A DNA stretch of 64,000 bases from Actinomycetota bacterium. Lineage in GTDB: Bacteria; Actinomycetota; Geothermincolia; Geothermincolales; RBG-13-55-18. Position 1 is the first letter of the stretch, and every line of letters starts with the position of its first letter. The notes beneath the pieces are model-generated. The model ran no database searches and was not told where the DNA came from. It worked only from the letters and a program-made list of their open reading frames with translations. The position numbers were made by a program, and so were the translations under genes. This document shows, in pieces, positions 17,920 to 27,313 of the stretch. The stretch spans positions 124,616-188,615 of the forward strand of contig QZKE01000033.1 of NCBI GenBank assembly GCA_003598015.1, in the 5' to 3' direction.

Positions 17920-19572
17920 ATGATAACGGATGCAGCCTACCGGGAACTCCAGGAAACCCTGGGTGCGGAGAACGTCTCCCGCGAGCCGGCGGTGCTGGAC
18001 GGCTATACCTGGCAGCCCTTCACCGATATCCTCGGACTTCCCGACTCATGGTGCCGCTACCGGCCCGCCGCGGTGGTGCTGCCGGGAAGCACCGAAGAGG
18101 TGCAGGAGGTGGTGAGGATCTGCGGCCGGCACGGGCTGCAGTTCAAGGCCATGAGCACGGGCTGGGGCGCCTGGAACGCCATGGGCGGGGAGAACACCGT
18201 GCAGATCGACCTGAAGCGGATGAACCGCATCCTGGAGATAGACGAGAAAAACATGTACGCGGTGGTGGAGCCCTGTGCCGTCTGCTCCCAGCTGCAGGCT
18301 GAGGCGATGAAGAAGGGTTTGAACTGCCATATCATCGGGGCCGGCTGCGGCTCCTCACCATTGGCCAGCGCCACCTCGCTGTGCGGTTACGGCTGGAGCG
18401 GCCTCACCACCTCCTACAGCGCCCGCAACGTGCTGGGCGTGGAATGGGTGCTGCCCGACGGCGAGGTGCTCAGGATCGGGACCCCGGGCCAGGACGCGGG
18501 TTGGTTCAACGGCGACGGCCCCGGACCCAGCCTGCGCGGCGCCATGCGCGGCTTCATGGGTGCCTGCGGCGGCCTGGGGGTGTTCACGCGCTGCGCCGTG
18601 AAGCTCTTCCCCTGGCCGGGTCCCGAGGAGCCGCAGGTCGAGGGGCTGCTCAACGACGTCACCGCGGAGGTGCCGGACACCCACGCCATGTTCCTGATCG
18701 CCTTTCCCGACCTGCAGCGTTGGGCCGATGCCGCCTACAGTGTCGCCGACGCGGAGATAGGGTACATGATGTGTAAGAACGCCATCGGGGCCCTGGTGGC
18801 GACCATGATGCCCCGGGGGCTGAAGGAGTTGACGCGCTTTGCGGTGTTCAAGGACATACTCAAGACCTTGCGCTACCAGTTCCAGTTCCTGGTCTGCGCG
18901 AGGACGCCGCGGGAATTCGCATACCAGAAAGCGGTCCTCAGGGAGATCGTCGAGGAATGCGAGGGCATATGCCTGGACGTGAGCAAGCTGCCGGGCCTGC
19001 ACGACGCTTTCTGGTGGGGATTCGTGCGCGCGGCCATGCCCCCGCTTATCTTCCGCATGGGCGGAACCTTCGGGACCTCCTACGGCGCCCTGGAGGGGTT
19101 CGATCACCCCGCCTACCAGTCCCAGGAGGGAGCCCGCCTGAAGAGCCAGTACACCGAGACGGGCAGGCTCATGGACGACCTGGCGGACAACTCCTGGGGA
19201 GGCATCTACGAGGGGAGCACGGGGTTCGGCCACCAGGAGGAACTGTATGTTTACGACCCGCGCGACTCCGCCCAGCTGGAGGCGGCGGAGGATTATCTGG
19301 CGGGTACCCTGGTGGACACCGCGGCGAAGAAGCTGGGCCCCGGCCTGGGGTTCGCGGGAGGAGCCATCGTGGCGGAGATCTTCGGCCCCCTCATCGGCGA
19401 CTATCACGAATGGCTGCGCAAGATCAAGGGCGCCTTCGACCCGGACAACGTGAGCGATCCCGCCTTCTACGTATCCCCCGATCCGGAGAAGCTCATCGCC
19501 GAGGAGATGGCCAACCGGCCCGGCATGGCGCAGAGCCTCCTCAGCGTGATGGGGGAGGAGGATACTCCGTAG
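17920..19572 (+). CDS. FAD-binding oxidoreductase (second FAD-linked oxidase subunit, GlcE/GlcD-like)
   Basis: FAD-binding PCMH region (VVLPGSTEEVQEVVRICGRHGLQFKAMSTG); ATG 17920 with GGGAGGTG 6 nt upstream. Confidence 0.8.
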   Translation: MITDAAYRELQETLGAENVSREPAVLDGYTWQPFTDILGLPDSWCRYRPAAVVLPGSTEEVQEVVRICGRHGLQFKAMSTGWGAWNAMGGENTVQIDLKRMNRILEIDEKNMYAVVEPCAVCSQLQAEAMKKGLNCHIIGAGCGSSPLASATSLCGYGWSGLTTSYSARNVLGVEWVLPDGEVLRIGTPGQDAGWFNGDGPGPSLRGAMRGFMGACGGLGVFTRCAVKLFPWPGPEEPQVEGLLNDVTAEVPDTHAMFLIAFPDLQRWADAAYSVADAEIGYMMCKNAIGALVATMMPRGLKELTRFAVFKDILKTLRYQFQFLVCARTPREFAYQKAVLREIVEECEGICLDVSKLPGLHDAFWWGFVRAAMPPLIFRMGGTFGTSYGALEGFDHPAYQSQEGARLKSQYTETGRLMDDLADNSWGGIYEGSTGFGHQEELYVYDPRDSAQLEAAEDYLAGTLVDTAAKKLGPGLGFAGGAIVAEIFGPLIGDYHEWLRKIKGAFDPDNVSDPAFYVSPDPEKLIAEEMANRPGMAQSLLSVMGEEDTP

Positions 19573-19574
19573 GC

Positions 19575-19606
19575 TCAGGCATAGGGGTCGGCCCTGGACT
19601 CATGCC
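19575..19606 (+). repeat. Dispersed palindromic repeat unit TCAGGCATAGGGGTCGGCCCTGGACTCATGCC (copy 1)
   Basis: Identical 32-mer recurs at 44579-44610; followed in both copies by ..CTTGCGATC.. Confidence 0.6.
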
Positions 19607-19643
19607 CGGGACTTGCGATCCCTATGCCTGACGGGCTTCTTCC

Positions 19644-19678
19644 TCAGGCATAAGTCCAGGGCCGACCCCTATGCCTGA
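19644..19678 (-). repeat. Inverted copy of the same palindromic repeat (TCAGGCATAAGTCCAGGGCCGACCCCTATGCCTGA)
   Basis: Contains exact reverse complement of AGGCATAGGGGTCGGCCCTGGACT from copy 1; lies between convergent gene ends. Confidence 0.6.
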
Positions 19679-20382
19679 TCGCCGAATCCCTTCTCGACCC
19701 GCGACAGGTGCCGGAACATGGCCGCGCGCGCCGCGGCGGGGTCGTGCGACTTCAGGGCCCGCACGATGGCGCGGTGATCGCGTACGGTCTGCCGGCGGAT
19801 GTCCGGGGATTCCGCAGTCCGCCGGCGGCTGTACACGCTCAGCTGGTTGATGGAGGACATGAAGAGCTCCAGGATACCGTTACGGGCCGCCTTGACGATC
19901 TGATTGTGGAGCGCCAGGTCCAGATGGAGGAAGGCCTCCGCATCGTCCACCCTCTCCTTCGCTTCCTTCACCAGCGCCTCCAGTTCCTCCACCTCGGAAT
20001 CGGTTATGTTGCCGGCGGCCAGCTCGGCCAGGCCTGTTTCCATAATCTTCCTGGCCTTGAAGAGGTCTACGTAGACGGCATCGTCGAGGACGAAGACCGC
20101 CTCGAGGTGTTCGATCAGCTTCTTCGGTTCCAGGGAAGTGATGTAATTCCCGGAACCCTGCCGGTTCTCGATGATGTTCATGATCTGAAGGGCTCGCAGG
20201 GCCTCCCGCAGTGAGGGGCGGCTCACCTGCATCATGCGCGCGAGCTCGCGCTCCGAGGGCAGCCGGTCCCCGGGGCGCAGCTGCTTCTCCTTGATGAGGG
20301 AGAGTATCCTCTTGGCGATCTTCATGGAGAGGGTTTCCCTCTCCAGGGTTCCGAACAGGTCCCCCCACGGCTGGTCTACCAT
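19669..20382 (-). CDS. GntR/FadR family transcriptional regulator
   Basis: wHTH RLPSERELARMMQVSRPSLREALRAL plus FadR-type C-terminal helical domain; start uncertain (20382, 20325 or track 20457). Confidence 0.8.
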   Translation of the reverse strand: MVDQPWGDLFGTLERETLSMKIAKRILSLIKEKQLRPGDRLPSERELARMMQVSRPSLREALRALQIMNIIENRQGSGNYITSLEPKKLIEHLEAVFVLDDAVYVDLFKARKIMETGLAELAAGNITDSEVEELEALVKEAKERVDDAEAFLHLDLALHNQIVKAARNGILELFMSSINQLSVYSRRRTAESPDIRRQTVRDHRAIVRALKSHDPAAARAAMFRHLSRVEKGFGDQA

Positions 20383-20392
20383 CGCCGCGGCC

Positions 20393-21163
20393 TCACTTGG
20401 CCACCCAACCACAATCCACGAGGAGGTCAGCGCCGGTGATGAAGGAGGCCTTCTCACTGGCGAGGAAATAGACCGCTTCCGCTATCTCCAGGGGAGAGGC
20501 CCAGCGCTTGAAGGCCTGCTCCGCCTCTCTCATCTTCTTGACCTCCTCGTAAGGCAGGCCGGTCCTGCGGGATTCGATATCTATGTCCCCACGCAGCATG
20601 GGGGTATCCACCGACCCCGGGCTCAACGAGTTCACCCGGATCCCGTGGGGCGCCAGTTCCCAGGCGATGGCGCGGGTGAAGGAGATGACCGCGCCCTTGC
20701 TGGCCCCGTACACGGAGTGGTCCACCTGGCCCACGTGGCCGGACACCGATCCCATGTTAACGATGGCCCCCGCACGCTGCCCCTTCATCACCGGGACGAC
20801 GTGCTTGCAGAAGAGAAAGATCCCGCCCAGGTTGATGTTCACCACCCGCCTGAACTCGTCCACGCCGATTTCCTCTACCGGCTTCACCAGCACTACGCCG
20901 GCGTTGTTCACCAGTACGTCGATGCGCCCGAAACGGTCCGCCACGTCGTGCACGAAGGAAGCTACGTCTTTCTCCTCGGCCACGTCCCCCCGGGCGCTGT
21001 GGCACGCCGCCCCCTCCGCTTCAGCGGCGGCGGCTGTCTCCTGCACGGCTTCGGCTATGTCCATGACGGCCACGTCGTATCCGTTGCGGGCGAAAAGCTC
21101 CGCCGCGGCCCTCCCGATGCCGCTCGCGGCGCCCGTGACCATGGCCAGGCTTCTTCCCTCCAT
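20393..21163 (-). CDS. SDR family NAD(P)-dependent oxidoreductase
   Basis: TGAASGIGRA Rossmann motif, NNAG, catalytic YGASK. Confidence 0.85.
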   Translation of the reverse strand: MEGRSLAMVTGAASGIGRAAAELFARNGYDVAVMDIAEAVQETAAAAEAEGAACHSARGDVAEEKDVASFVHDVADRFGRIDVLVNNAGVVLVKPVEEIGVDEFRRVVNINLGGIFLFCKHVVPVMKGQRAGAIVNMGSVSGHVGQVDHSVYGASKGAVISFTRAIAWELAPHGIRVNSLSPGSVDTPMLRGDIDIESRRTGLPYEEVKKMREAEQAFKRWASPLEIAEAVYFLASEKASFITGADLLVDCGWVAK

Positions 21164-21166
21164 CTT

Positions 21167-21973
21167 TCAAGGCCTCCTTCCTATTCCCAGCCTGCCGCGG
21201 GCTTCTTGCGGCGTGGCTACCGGCCTGCCCAGCGCCTCGGCGATGCGCCGCGCCTCCTCCACCAGCACGTGGGTGGGGGCTACCTCTCCCTCGCGGTTGA
21301 AGGGGTAGTCCTCCGTCCCCACGCGGATGTGGTCTCCCTCCACCATGGCGGCCGCCAGGAGTTTCATCTGGCTCTCGCCCATCACGCTGACCGTGCACAC
21401 GCATCCCTCCGGCATCTGCCTCCGCCGGTAGAGGTATTCATCGATGGTGGGAGGGCTCCAGGTCCCCCCCGGCCAGCCGAAGAAGAGGGTGGTGACGTAA
21501 GGTTCAGCGAGCAACCCCTCGCGCACGAGGAAGAGGAGGTTCCAGATGGAACCGCTGTGCCATACCTCGAACTCCGGCACCACGCCGGAGTCAGCGCAGG
21601 CCCGGGCATAGGAGATCAGTTCCTCCTTGGTGTGGAGGACGTTGAAATCCTCCGCGGCGAAGGCCTCGTCGTGATGGCCCAGGATCACGGATATCATGTC
21701 GCCCTTATGCGCGAAGACGTCCGCGCGCTCCTCCAGGGTGGTGCTGGACATCCCGCACTGGATGATGATATCGCACCTTTGCCGTATCGCCGGAATAACC
21801 TCGTCCCAGCGTCCTTCGGCGTGGGTGTGGCAGACCGCCGCCCCCTTTTCCAGGCAGAGCGCGGCCTCGTCCGCGATGGCCTGCGCGGTCCTGGGGTACT
21901 CCACCCCGGGATGCATCCAGCAGGTGTTGGCGGTCGCGGTGATGATTAGCGGCGTCTCAAATACCCTGCTCAT
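21167..21973 (-). CDS. 3-keto-5-aminohexanoate cleavage enzyme family (BKACE/DUF849) protein
   Basis: 268 aa; BKACE-like TIM-barrel pattern incl. HTHAEG, IIIQCGMSSTT, PEFEVWHSGS. Confidence 0.7.
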   Translation of the reverse strand: MSRVFETPLIITATANTCWMHPGVEYPRTAQAIADEAALCLEKGAAVCHTHAEGRWDEVIPAIRQRCDIIIQCGMSSTTLEERADVFAHKGDMISVILGHHDEAFAAEDFNVLHTKEELISYARACADSGVVPEFEVWHSGSIWNLLFLVREGLLAEPYVTTLFFGWPGGTWSPPTIDEYLYRRRQMPEGCVCTVSVMGESQMKLLAAAMVEGDHIRVGTEDYPFNREGEVAPTHVLVEEARRIAEALGRPVATPQEARGRLGIGRRP

Positions 21974-22003
21974 TTTCTGCTCCTCTCGCCGGCTCGCCCC
22001 GGC

Positions 22004-24280
22004 TCATGCGCCGTCCCGGCCCGTAATGCGTTTGTCCAGGGTGGTGATCCTGCGGCAACCATCGCCGGTGACGACGTAACAATCCTCCACTCCGATCAGG
22101 GTGTCGCGGAAGGGCTCCCAGGCCTCTATCTCGAAGACCATGTTCTCCTTGAAGACCCCTTCGGCGACCCCCATGGTCCCGAAGAGGTGCTGCTCCTCGC
22201 ACTCCAGGCCGATGCTGTGGCCCACCACGAAGGTGAGCCCTTCCGGCCTCAGGGACTTGTAGTAGGCGATCGCCTCCTCGTTGAGTTCCCGCATGTTTAC
22301 CCCCGGCTTCACGTGCTGCTCGTAGAACTCCTGCAGCTGTATAAGGCTGCCCACCAGCTCCTCCGCCTCGGGAGGGACTGGGCCCAGCACCAGGTGGCGG
22401 TTCACATCGGAGACGTAGCCCTTGCATACGGCGCCGAAATCGAAGCGCAGGATATCACCTTGCTCGGCCACCGTGCCCAGACCCGGGGCCTCGGGATCGG
22501 AACCCCCTATGCTCAAGGTGAGGTGATCCCATCCGTCCGCGCCCTCCGCGAGCATGGTCTGCTTGCCCAGTTTGAGGAAGTCGTTGTCGCTTATCCCCGC
22601 GGCGGCGGCCTCCATGCAGGCCGTGATGGCCTTCTCGGTAACGGCGGTGGCCTTCTCGATGAGGGTTATCTCCTCCTCGCTCTTGACCACCCGCAGGTCC
22701 AGGAAGGCCTGGTCCGCGGTGACCACCTCGAGCTCGGGGTCCTTCGAGGACAGGTGTTCGACGAGCCACTTGGGAGCGCTGGATTCGACTCCCACCCGCC
22801 TGCCCCTGAAACCCCATCTCTTGAGCTTCGACCATACCGCCCTCTTCGCTTCCCTCTGCCCGATGATGCCTTTGTACTCGTTGGCCCAGCAGAACTCGTC
22901 CACGCTCCGGAAGAGGGCCCAGTGGAAGAGGGCGAGATGTCCGTCCCGCCGCATGAGCACCACGTTGGGATACATGTTCCTGAGGGCGAAGAGGATGGGG
23001 TTGGGGGCGGTGGGCAGGGTGGGCAAACCGCTCAGGTAGTAGACGTTGATGGGGGAAGTGGCCACGAGAAGATCGAGGTCCTGCCCGTTCATGATCTCCT
23101 CGGCCCGTTCCCTGTCGAATCCGATGGGCTTCATGCGTTTCACCTCCGGCAATCCGGGGCGGGCCGGGATATGTTCTCCCAGGTCTTGGTAGAGGCTCCC
23201 GGTGCCCTCCTTCTCCGCCAGCTCCACGAGCTCTCCGCGCGTGGCCGCCCTTCCCGTGCCGGCCGAAAGGTAGCCCATGAGCACGCAGGCCACCGCGCTC
23301 TTCGCATCGTCGGGAGAGAACTCCGGCTCCCGGTCCTCGAGGATGCAGCCGGCGAAATGCTCGTCCTCGTGCCTCACCGATATGGTGTAGTAATGGGGGA
23401 AAGGGGCGTGCTCCAGTTCCGGCTCGTACCACTCACGGCGATGGTCTCCCATGGCCTTGTGGTAGGAGTAGATGCGCACCGGCCTCTCCCAGGCGTGGTT
23501 CTCGAGTATGGTTCCCTGCGTGCCGTATATCTCCAGGCTGTTGAAGGGGGTGGTCTGCTGGGTGAAGCTCACCACGACCTCCCCGATGGTCCCCCTGGAG
23601 AAGCGTATCATGGACAGGGCGTTGTCCTCGCCCTTCTCGGGATGGCTCACGGCCTGCCTGGAGAGCATGGCGGTTACTTCCTCCACGCGGTCCTGCAGGA
23701 TCCACTCCAGGGTGGCGAACTTATGGGCTCCCATGTCCATGAAACTCCCGCCCCCCGCCTTGTTGATATCTCCCTTCCAGGAATCGGGCTGGCTGAGGCC
23801 GGCGATCTCGTTCACCCCCTCGTAGGCCCTGACCAGGAGCACCTCGCCGATGAGCCCTTCCCGGATCGCGTCGTGTATGTAGCGATGGGCGGGGAGAAAG
23901 CGGTGGTTCTCCGCCACCATGAATCTCACCCCGGCCTTGCGCGTCGCCTCGATCATCGCGTCACAACCCTCCAGGGTGGTGGCCATGGGCTTCTCGCACA
24001 GCACGTGCTTGCCCGCCGCCGCGCACAAGCTCACCGTCTCCTCGTGATAGGCGTGGGGGACCGTCACCAGGACGGCATGTATATCGCTCCCCAGAAACCC
24101 CTCCAGGTCCTTGTATACGGTTACCGGGCCGGCGCGGTAGCGCCTGCTCATCTTCAAGGCGTGCCGGTAGTTGACGTCGTACATGGCCGTGAACCTGATC
24201 ATTGGTGATGCCGCGGTGGCGTTTCCGTGGAAGCTCCACGCCCCTCCCAGACCTATAACGCCGAAGTCTACCGCATTCAT
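22004..24280 (-). CDS. Fusion protein: N-terminal Gfo/Idh/MocA-family NAD(P) oxidoreductase + C-terminal creatinase/Xaa-Pro aminopeptidase (M24) domain
   Basis: Single uninterrupted 758-761 aa frame; N-term FGVIGLGGAWSF...EKPMA (Gfo/Idh/MocA); C-term HLVLGPV...HSIGLECEE (M24 pita-bread metal-ligand region). Confidence 0.7.
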   Translation of the reverse strand: MNAVDFGVIGLGGAWSFHGNATAASPMIRFTAMYDVNYRHALKMSRRYRAGPVTVYKDLEGFLGSDIHAVLVTVPHAYHEETVSLCAAAGKHVLCEKPMATTLEGCDAMIEATRKAGVRFMVAENHRFLPAHRYIHDAIREGLIGEVLLVRAYEGVNEIAGLSQPDSWKGDINKAGGGSFMDMGAHKFATLEWILQDRVEEVTAMLSRQAVSHPEKGEDNALSMIRFSRGTIGEVVVSFTQQTTPFNSLEIYGTQGTILENHAWERPVRIYSYHKAMGDHRREWYEPELEHAPFPHYYTISVRHEDEHFAGCILEDREPEFSPDDAKSAVACVLMGYLSAGTGRAATRGELVELAEKEGTGSLYQDLGEHIPARPGLPEVKRMKPIGFDRERAEEIMNGQDLDLLVATSPINVYYLSGLPTLPTAPNPILFALRNMYPNVVLMRRDGHLALFHWALFRSVDEFCWANEYKGIIGQREAKRAVWSKLKRWGFRGRRVGVESSAPKWLVEHLSSKDPELEVVTADQAFLDLRVVKSEEEITLIEKATAVTEKAITACMEAAAAGISDNDFLKLGKQTMLAEGADGWDHLTLSIGGSDPEAPGLGTVAEQGDILRFDFGAVCKGYVSDVNRHLVLGPVPPEAEELVGSLIQLQEFYEQHVKPGVNMRELNEEAIAYYKSLRPEGLTFVVGHSIGLECEEQHLFGTMGVAEGVFKENMVFEIEAWEPFRDTLIGVEDCYVVTGDGCRRITTLDKRITGRDGA

Positions 24281-24322
24281 GATTCTCATCCTCTTTCCCG
24301 TTCTCTCCCGCGTTTCAGCCCA

Positions 24323-24757
24323 TCAGTCCATCTCGTCCTGCACCAGCTCGAGCAGGTCCTTGAAACGGATGGCGTCGCTGATGATCCCGTCCACCTCGAG
24401 GTCGCCGCACATGTAAGCCGCGGTGGGATCCACGCTGCCGCTGAAGACGCCCAGGGCCACCTCTTCATCCATGTTCAATATTATGTCCGGATTGGGAAGG
24501 GAACCCGATCCCGCCTCGAACCTGCATTCGCGCACGGACAACCAGCAGAGCGGTTTGCCCTCCACGTTGATCTGGAAACTGCGGTCGAAGCCCTCCACCT
24601 CGTCCTGGACGTCTTCGGCGTTGTTGGCGATCTGGGTGAAAACGGTGAAGTAGTCCTTGATGTCAGCCATGCAGAGGGTGTTTTCCTCCATCTTCTGCAG
24701 CACCTGGTCCCGCAAGACCTCGTCTATCTGCTGCCCGCTTTCCGCTTTCCAATCCAT
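24323..24757 (-). CDS. SCP2 domain-containing protein
   Basis: ATG 24757 with AGGAGG 6-7 nt upstream; C-terminal SCP2 signature (AAYMCGDLEVDGIISDAIRFKDLL). Confidence 0.6.
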   Translation of the reverse strand: MDWKAESGQQIDEVLRDQVLQKMEENTLCMADIKDYFTVFTQIANNAEDVQDEVEGFDRSFQINVEGKPLCWLSVRECRFEAGSGSLPNPDIILNMDEEVALGVFSGSVDPTAAYMCGDLEVDGIISDAIRFKDLLELVQDEMD

Positions 24758-24994
24758 CTGCGCCCTCCTTTTCCGGCACGGCTCTTGCCCCGCGACAGCT
24801 GAATCGTCAAAGTGGTAAAATGGTAAGACCATTAAAATATAACGCGCTTCTCCTTCGCCTGTCAACCGCACCATGCGGCCGGATAGCATCTTGCGGATCA
24901 GCCGGGTGAGGCAAGTTTGGAGCTTCTCCGAGAAGTGTAGTATTTCGCGGAGTCTTCAGGGTCTACCCCCTGCGCTACTCGCGGAAGAACCTCT

Positions 24995-25759
24995 TCAGAG
25001 GGTAGACACGAATTCCGTAATGGCCCGTGAGACCTCTTGCGGTTTTTCCATGGGCGACAGGTGGCCGGCGTCGGCTATCTCGACCAGGGTGGCGTTTTCG
25101 ATGCGGTTGGCCATGAACGTGCCGTATTTCACCGGGGTCATCCTGTCGTCCGACGCGGTGAGGACGAGGACGGGGGCTCCGATCTCGTCCAACCTCTCCA
25201 TGACGTCGAAGGCGTCGCAGGCCCGAAAGTCGCCCAGGGTCACCTCGGGAGGGCACGTGGCCGTGGCCTCCATGAGAGGAGCGATACAGGAGGGGTCGGT
25301 CTTCTCGGAGATGCTGAACTTGGGCGCTCCTTCCAGGTAGGCGCGGTAATCGTTCTCGATGGTCTCGAAGATAAGCGGCATCACCCTCAGCCTCGCCCCC
25401 GAGTTCACTACGATTCCGGCCTTGTACCTTTGCGGCATGTCCAGCAACAGCTGCAGGACAATAGCGCCGCCGATGGAGAGGCCGCAGACCACGGGTCGGG
25501 TTACACCCAGGGAAGTAATGAAGCCGTCGACTATCGCGGTGTAATCCGCGATGCAGTTCTTCCCCTCGCCCCCGCTTGCGCCGTGGCCGGGCAGATCGAG
25601 GGCGATGGTGTTCATGTCGCCTGCGAGCGCTTCCACCTGCGCGCGCCACAACACGCTCGCTCCGCCGGATCCATGGATGAACACGATGGTGGGCAGGTCC
25701 GGTTCGAGCGGCCACCGGCCCGCTATGAAACCTATACCTCCGGTCTTTGATTCATACAT
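24995..25759 (-). CDS. Alpha/beta hydrolase
   Basis: IVFIHGSGG..., GLSIGG nucleophile elbow, C-terminal DAGH. Confidence 0.8.
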   Translation of the reverse strand: MYESKTGGIGFIAGRWPLEPDLPTIVFIHGSGGASVLWRAQVEALAGDMNTIALDLPGHGASGGEGKNCIADYTAIVDGFITSLGVTRPVVCGLSIGGAIVLQLLLDMPQRYKAGIVVNSGARLRVMPLIFETIENDYRAYLEGAPKFSISEKTDPSCIAPLMEATATCPPEVTLGDFRACDAFDVMERLDEIGAPVLVLTASDDRMTPVKYGTFMANRIENATLVEIADAGHLSPMEKPQEVSRAITEFVSTL

Positions 25760-25804
25760 CTCACGGGCAGCATATCACATCCTGGCGCGATTGAAGATGG
25801 CGGT

Positions 25805-27313
25805 TTATTTCAGGTAGATGGATTGCTCCACGAGGATGGGGGCGTCCGAGAGCACGCATGTGGCGACGTCCGGGGCGCTTCCGGCGATGTCGTTCAACCG
25901 CAGCGATGCCTTGCCCCGGGCGGGGAGCGCGACGGAGTATTCCGAGGAGCGCGCTCCGGCCGTCATGGCGATGATAACTGGATGGGATTCCACCTCCCCG
26001 GGGTTGCATACGTAGAGCCACGTCTCCGCGCCCCCGGCGGTGCAGCCTCCGGCGGTATACCATTCCGTGGCCGCCCAGCATGATCCCACCCTGTTTTTCT
26101 CCAGCGACCAAGCGCCCCCGCGCCGGTAATACGTCGCTTCCTCCGCCAGGATGGGGATATCGGAATCGATGCACAAGAACAGGTCCCGGCCCATTCCGAA
26201 GAGCTGATTCATACGCAGTGTCCTGGTGCTCCGTGGCGGGACGCATATCCTGTGTTCCTCCTCCGCCCCTGCTCCCCCCGGGGATCGCACGAACGCGATG
26301 GCCGTGCTCTTGTCGTAGTTGGTCAGACGGAGCCACGTCTCGAAGCTCTCCGCCGTGGACGCATGCGCGAAGAACCATTGCTCCGAGGGTTGATACGAGC
26401 GGGTCGCGGAGGCGCCCCCCTGGTAATGCCTCCGGGATATGTCCTCGTAGACCAGGCGCGACGCCTCCGCATGCACGCTGAAGCCTGGAGCGCCTCCGGA
26501 CATTACGCAAAACACGTAGGTCAGGCCGTCCAGGAAGACTACCGCCGCATCGTTGTAGTAGCCCTGGTAATTGCCCGTCTTGTTGCCCACCGCCACGCTC
26601 TCCGGAAGTCCTGCGGGGATGCCGCTGTTCAGGGTACTTTCCTCGAGATAGGTGACGACCTCCCGTCCCAGGGGATCCGTCTCCGCGAACTGCAGCACGC
26701 GCACGAGCAGGATGCCCATCTCCCGCGCGGTGGTCGAGTTGATGTTGTATGTCCCGGCTACCGGGCAGCCCAGGGAGGCGGCGTAGTCGCGGAACTTGCG
26801 GTAGCCGTAGACGCGCTTGAGCATGCGTGCGGCCACGTTGTCGCTGTTGACGATGGCGCAGCGGCACAGCTCCCGCGTGGTGAAGCCCGTCCCCAGGGGG
26901 GCGGTCTGGATCACCCCCTCCTCGCCCTCCATGTCGCCGGCCTGGTAGGTGATGATGCGGTTGAGGTCGAAGGTTCCCCTGGCGGCTTCCTCGTAGATGT
27001 ACATCACCAGGAACAGCTTGTAGCAGCTGGCGGCGTAGAAGACCTCGTCTTCCCTGTATCCCGCCTGTTCTCCGGTCTCGAGGATGTTGAGGTACATGCC
27101 GTAGCTGCCGTAATAACCGTCGGCCAGCTCCTCCAGTTGCGCCGCGATAGGGGGCGCGGCGGTTTCCACGCTCTCCTCACCAGGGGTGGCGTATTGTCCT
27201 CCCCGCAGGCCGCAGGCACGAGCGCGAGCATGCGAGGCGGCCGGGAAGGGCAACATAATAAGGAGGAAGCAGATTGCGACGATCAGCCGCGGGCTATCGC
27301 GACGGGCATACAT
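25805..27313 (-). CDS. Secreted class A beta-lactamase-like serine hydrolase with C-terminal repeat-domain (shared with 44696..45837 proteins)
   Basis: Signal peptide; SCYK (SxxK), SDN (NSDNVAA), KTG (NKTGN) motifs; C-terminal roughly 190 aa resemble the W.FAEG...ERPMYFNY repeat unit. Confidence 0.65.
   Translation of the reverse strand: MYARRDSPRLIVAICFLLIMLPFPAASHARARACGLRGGQYATPGEESVETAAPPIAAQLEELADGYYGSYGMYLNILETGEQAGYREDEVFYAASCYKLFLVMYIYEEAARGTFDLNRIITYQAGDMEGEEGVIQTAPLGTGFTTRELCRCAIVNSDNVAARMLKRVYGYRKFRDYAASLGCPVAGTYNINSTTAREMGILLVRVLQFAETDPLGREVVTYLEESTLNSGIPAGLPESVAVGNKTGNYQGYYNDAAVVFLDGLTYVFCVMSGGAPGFSVHAEASRLVYEDISRRHYQGGASATRSYQPSEQWFFAHASTAESFETWLRLTNYDKSTAIAFVRSPGGAGAEEEHRICVPPRSTRTLRMNQLFGMGRDLFLCIDSDIPILAEEATYYRRGGAWSLEKNRVGSCWAATEWYTAGGCTAGGAETWLYVCNPGEVESHPVIIAMTAGARSSEYSVALPARGKASLRLNDIAGSAPDVATCVLSDAPILVEQSIYLK

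Noticed and set aside
19575-19678. CRISPR array
   Set aside because: Only two adjacent palindromic units in opposite orientation plus one distant copy; no regular repeat-spacer periodicity and no cas genes.
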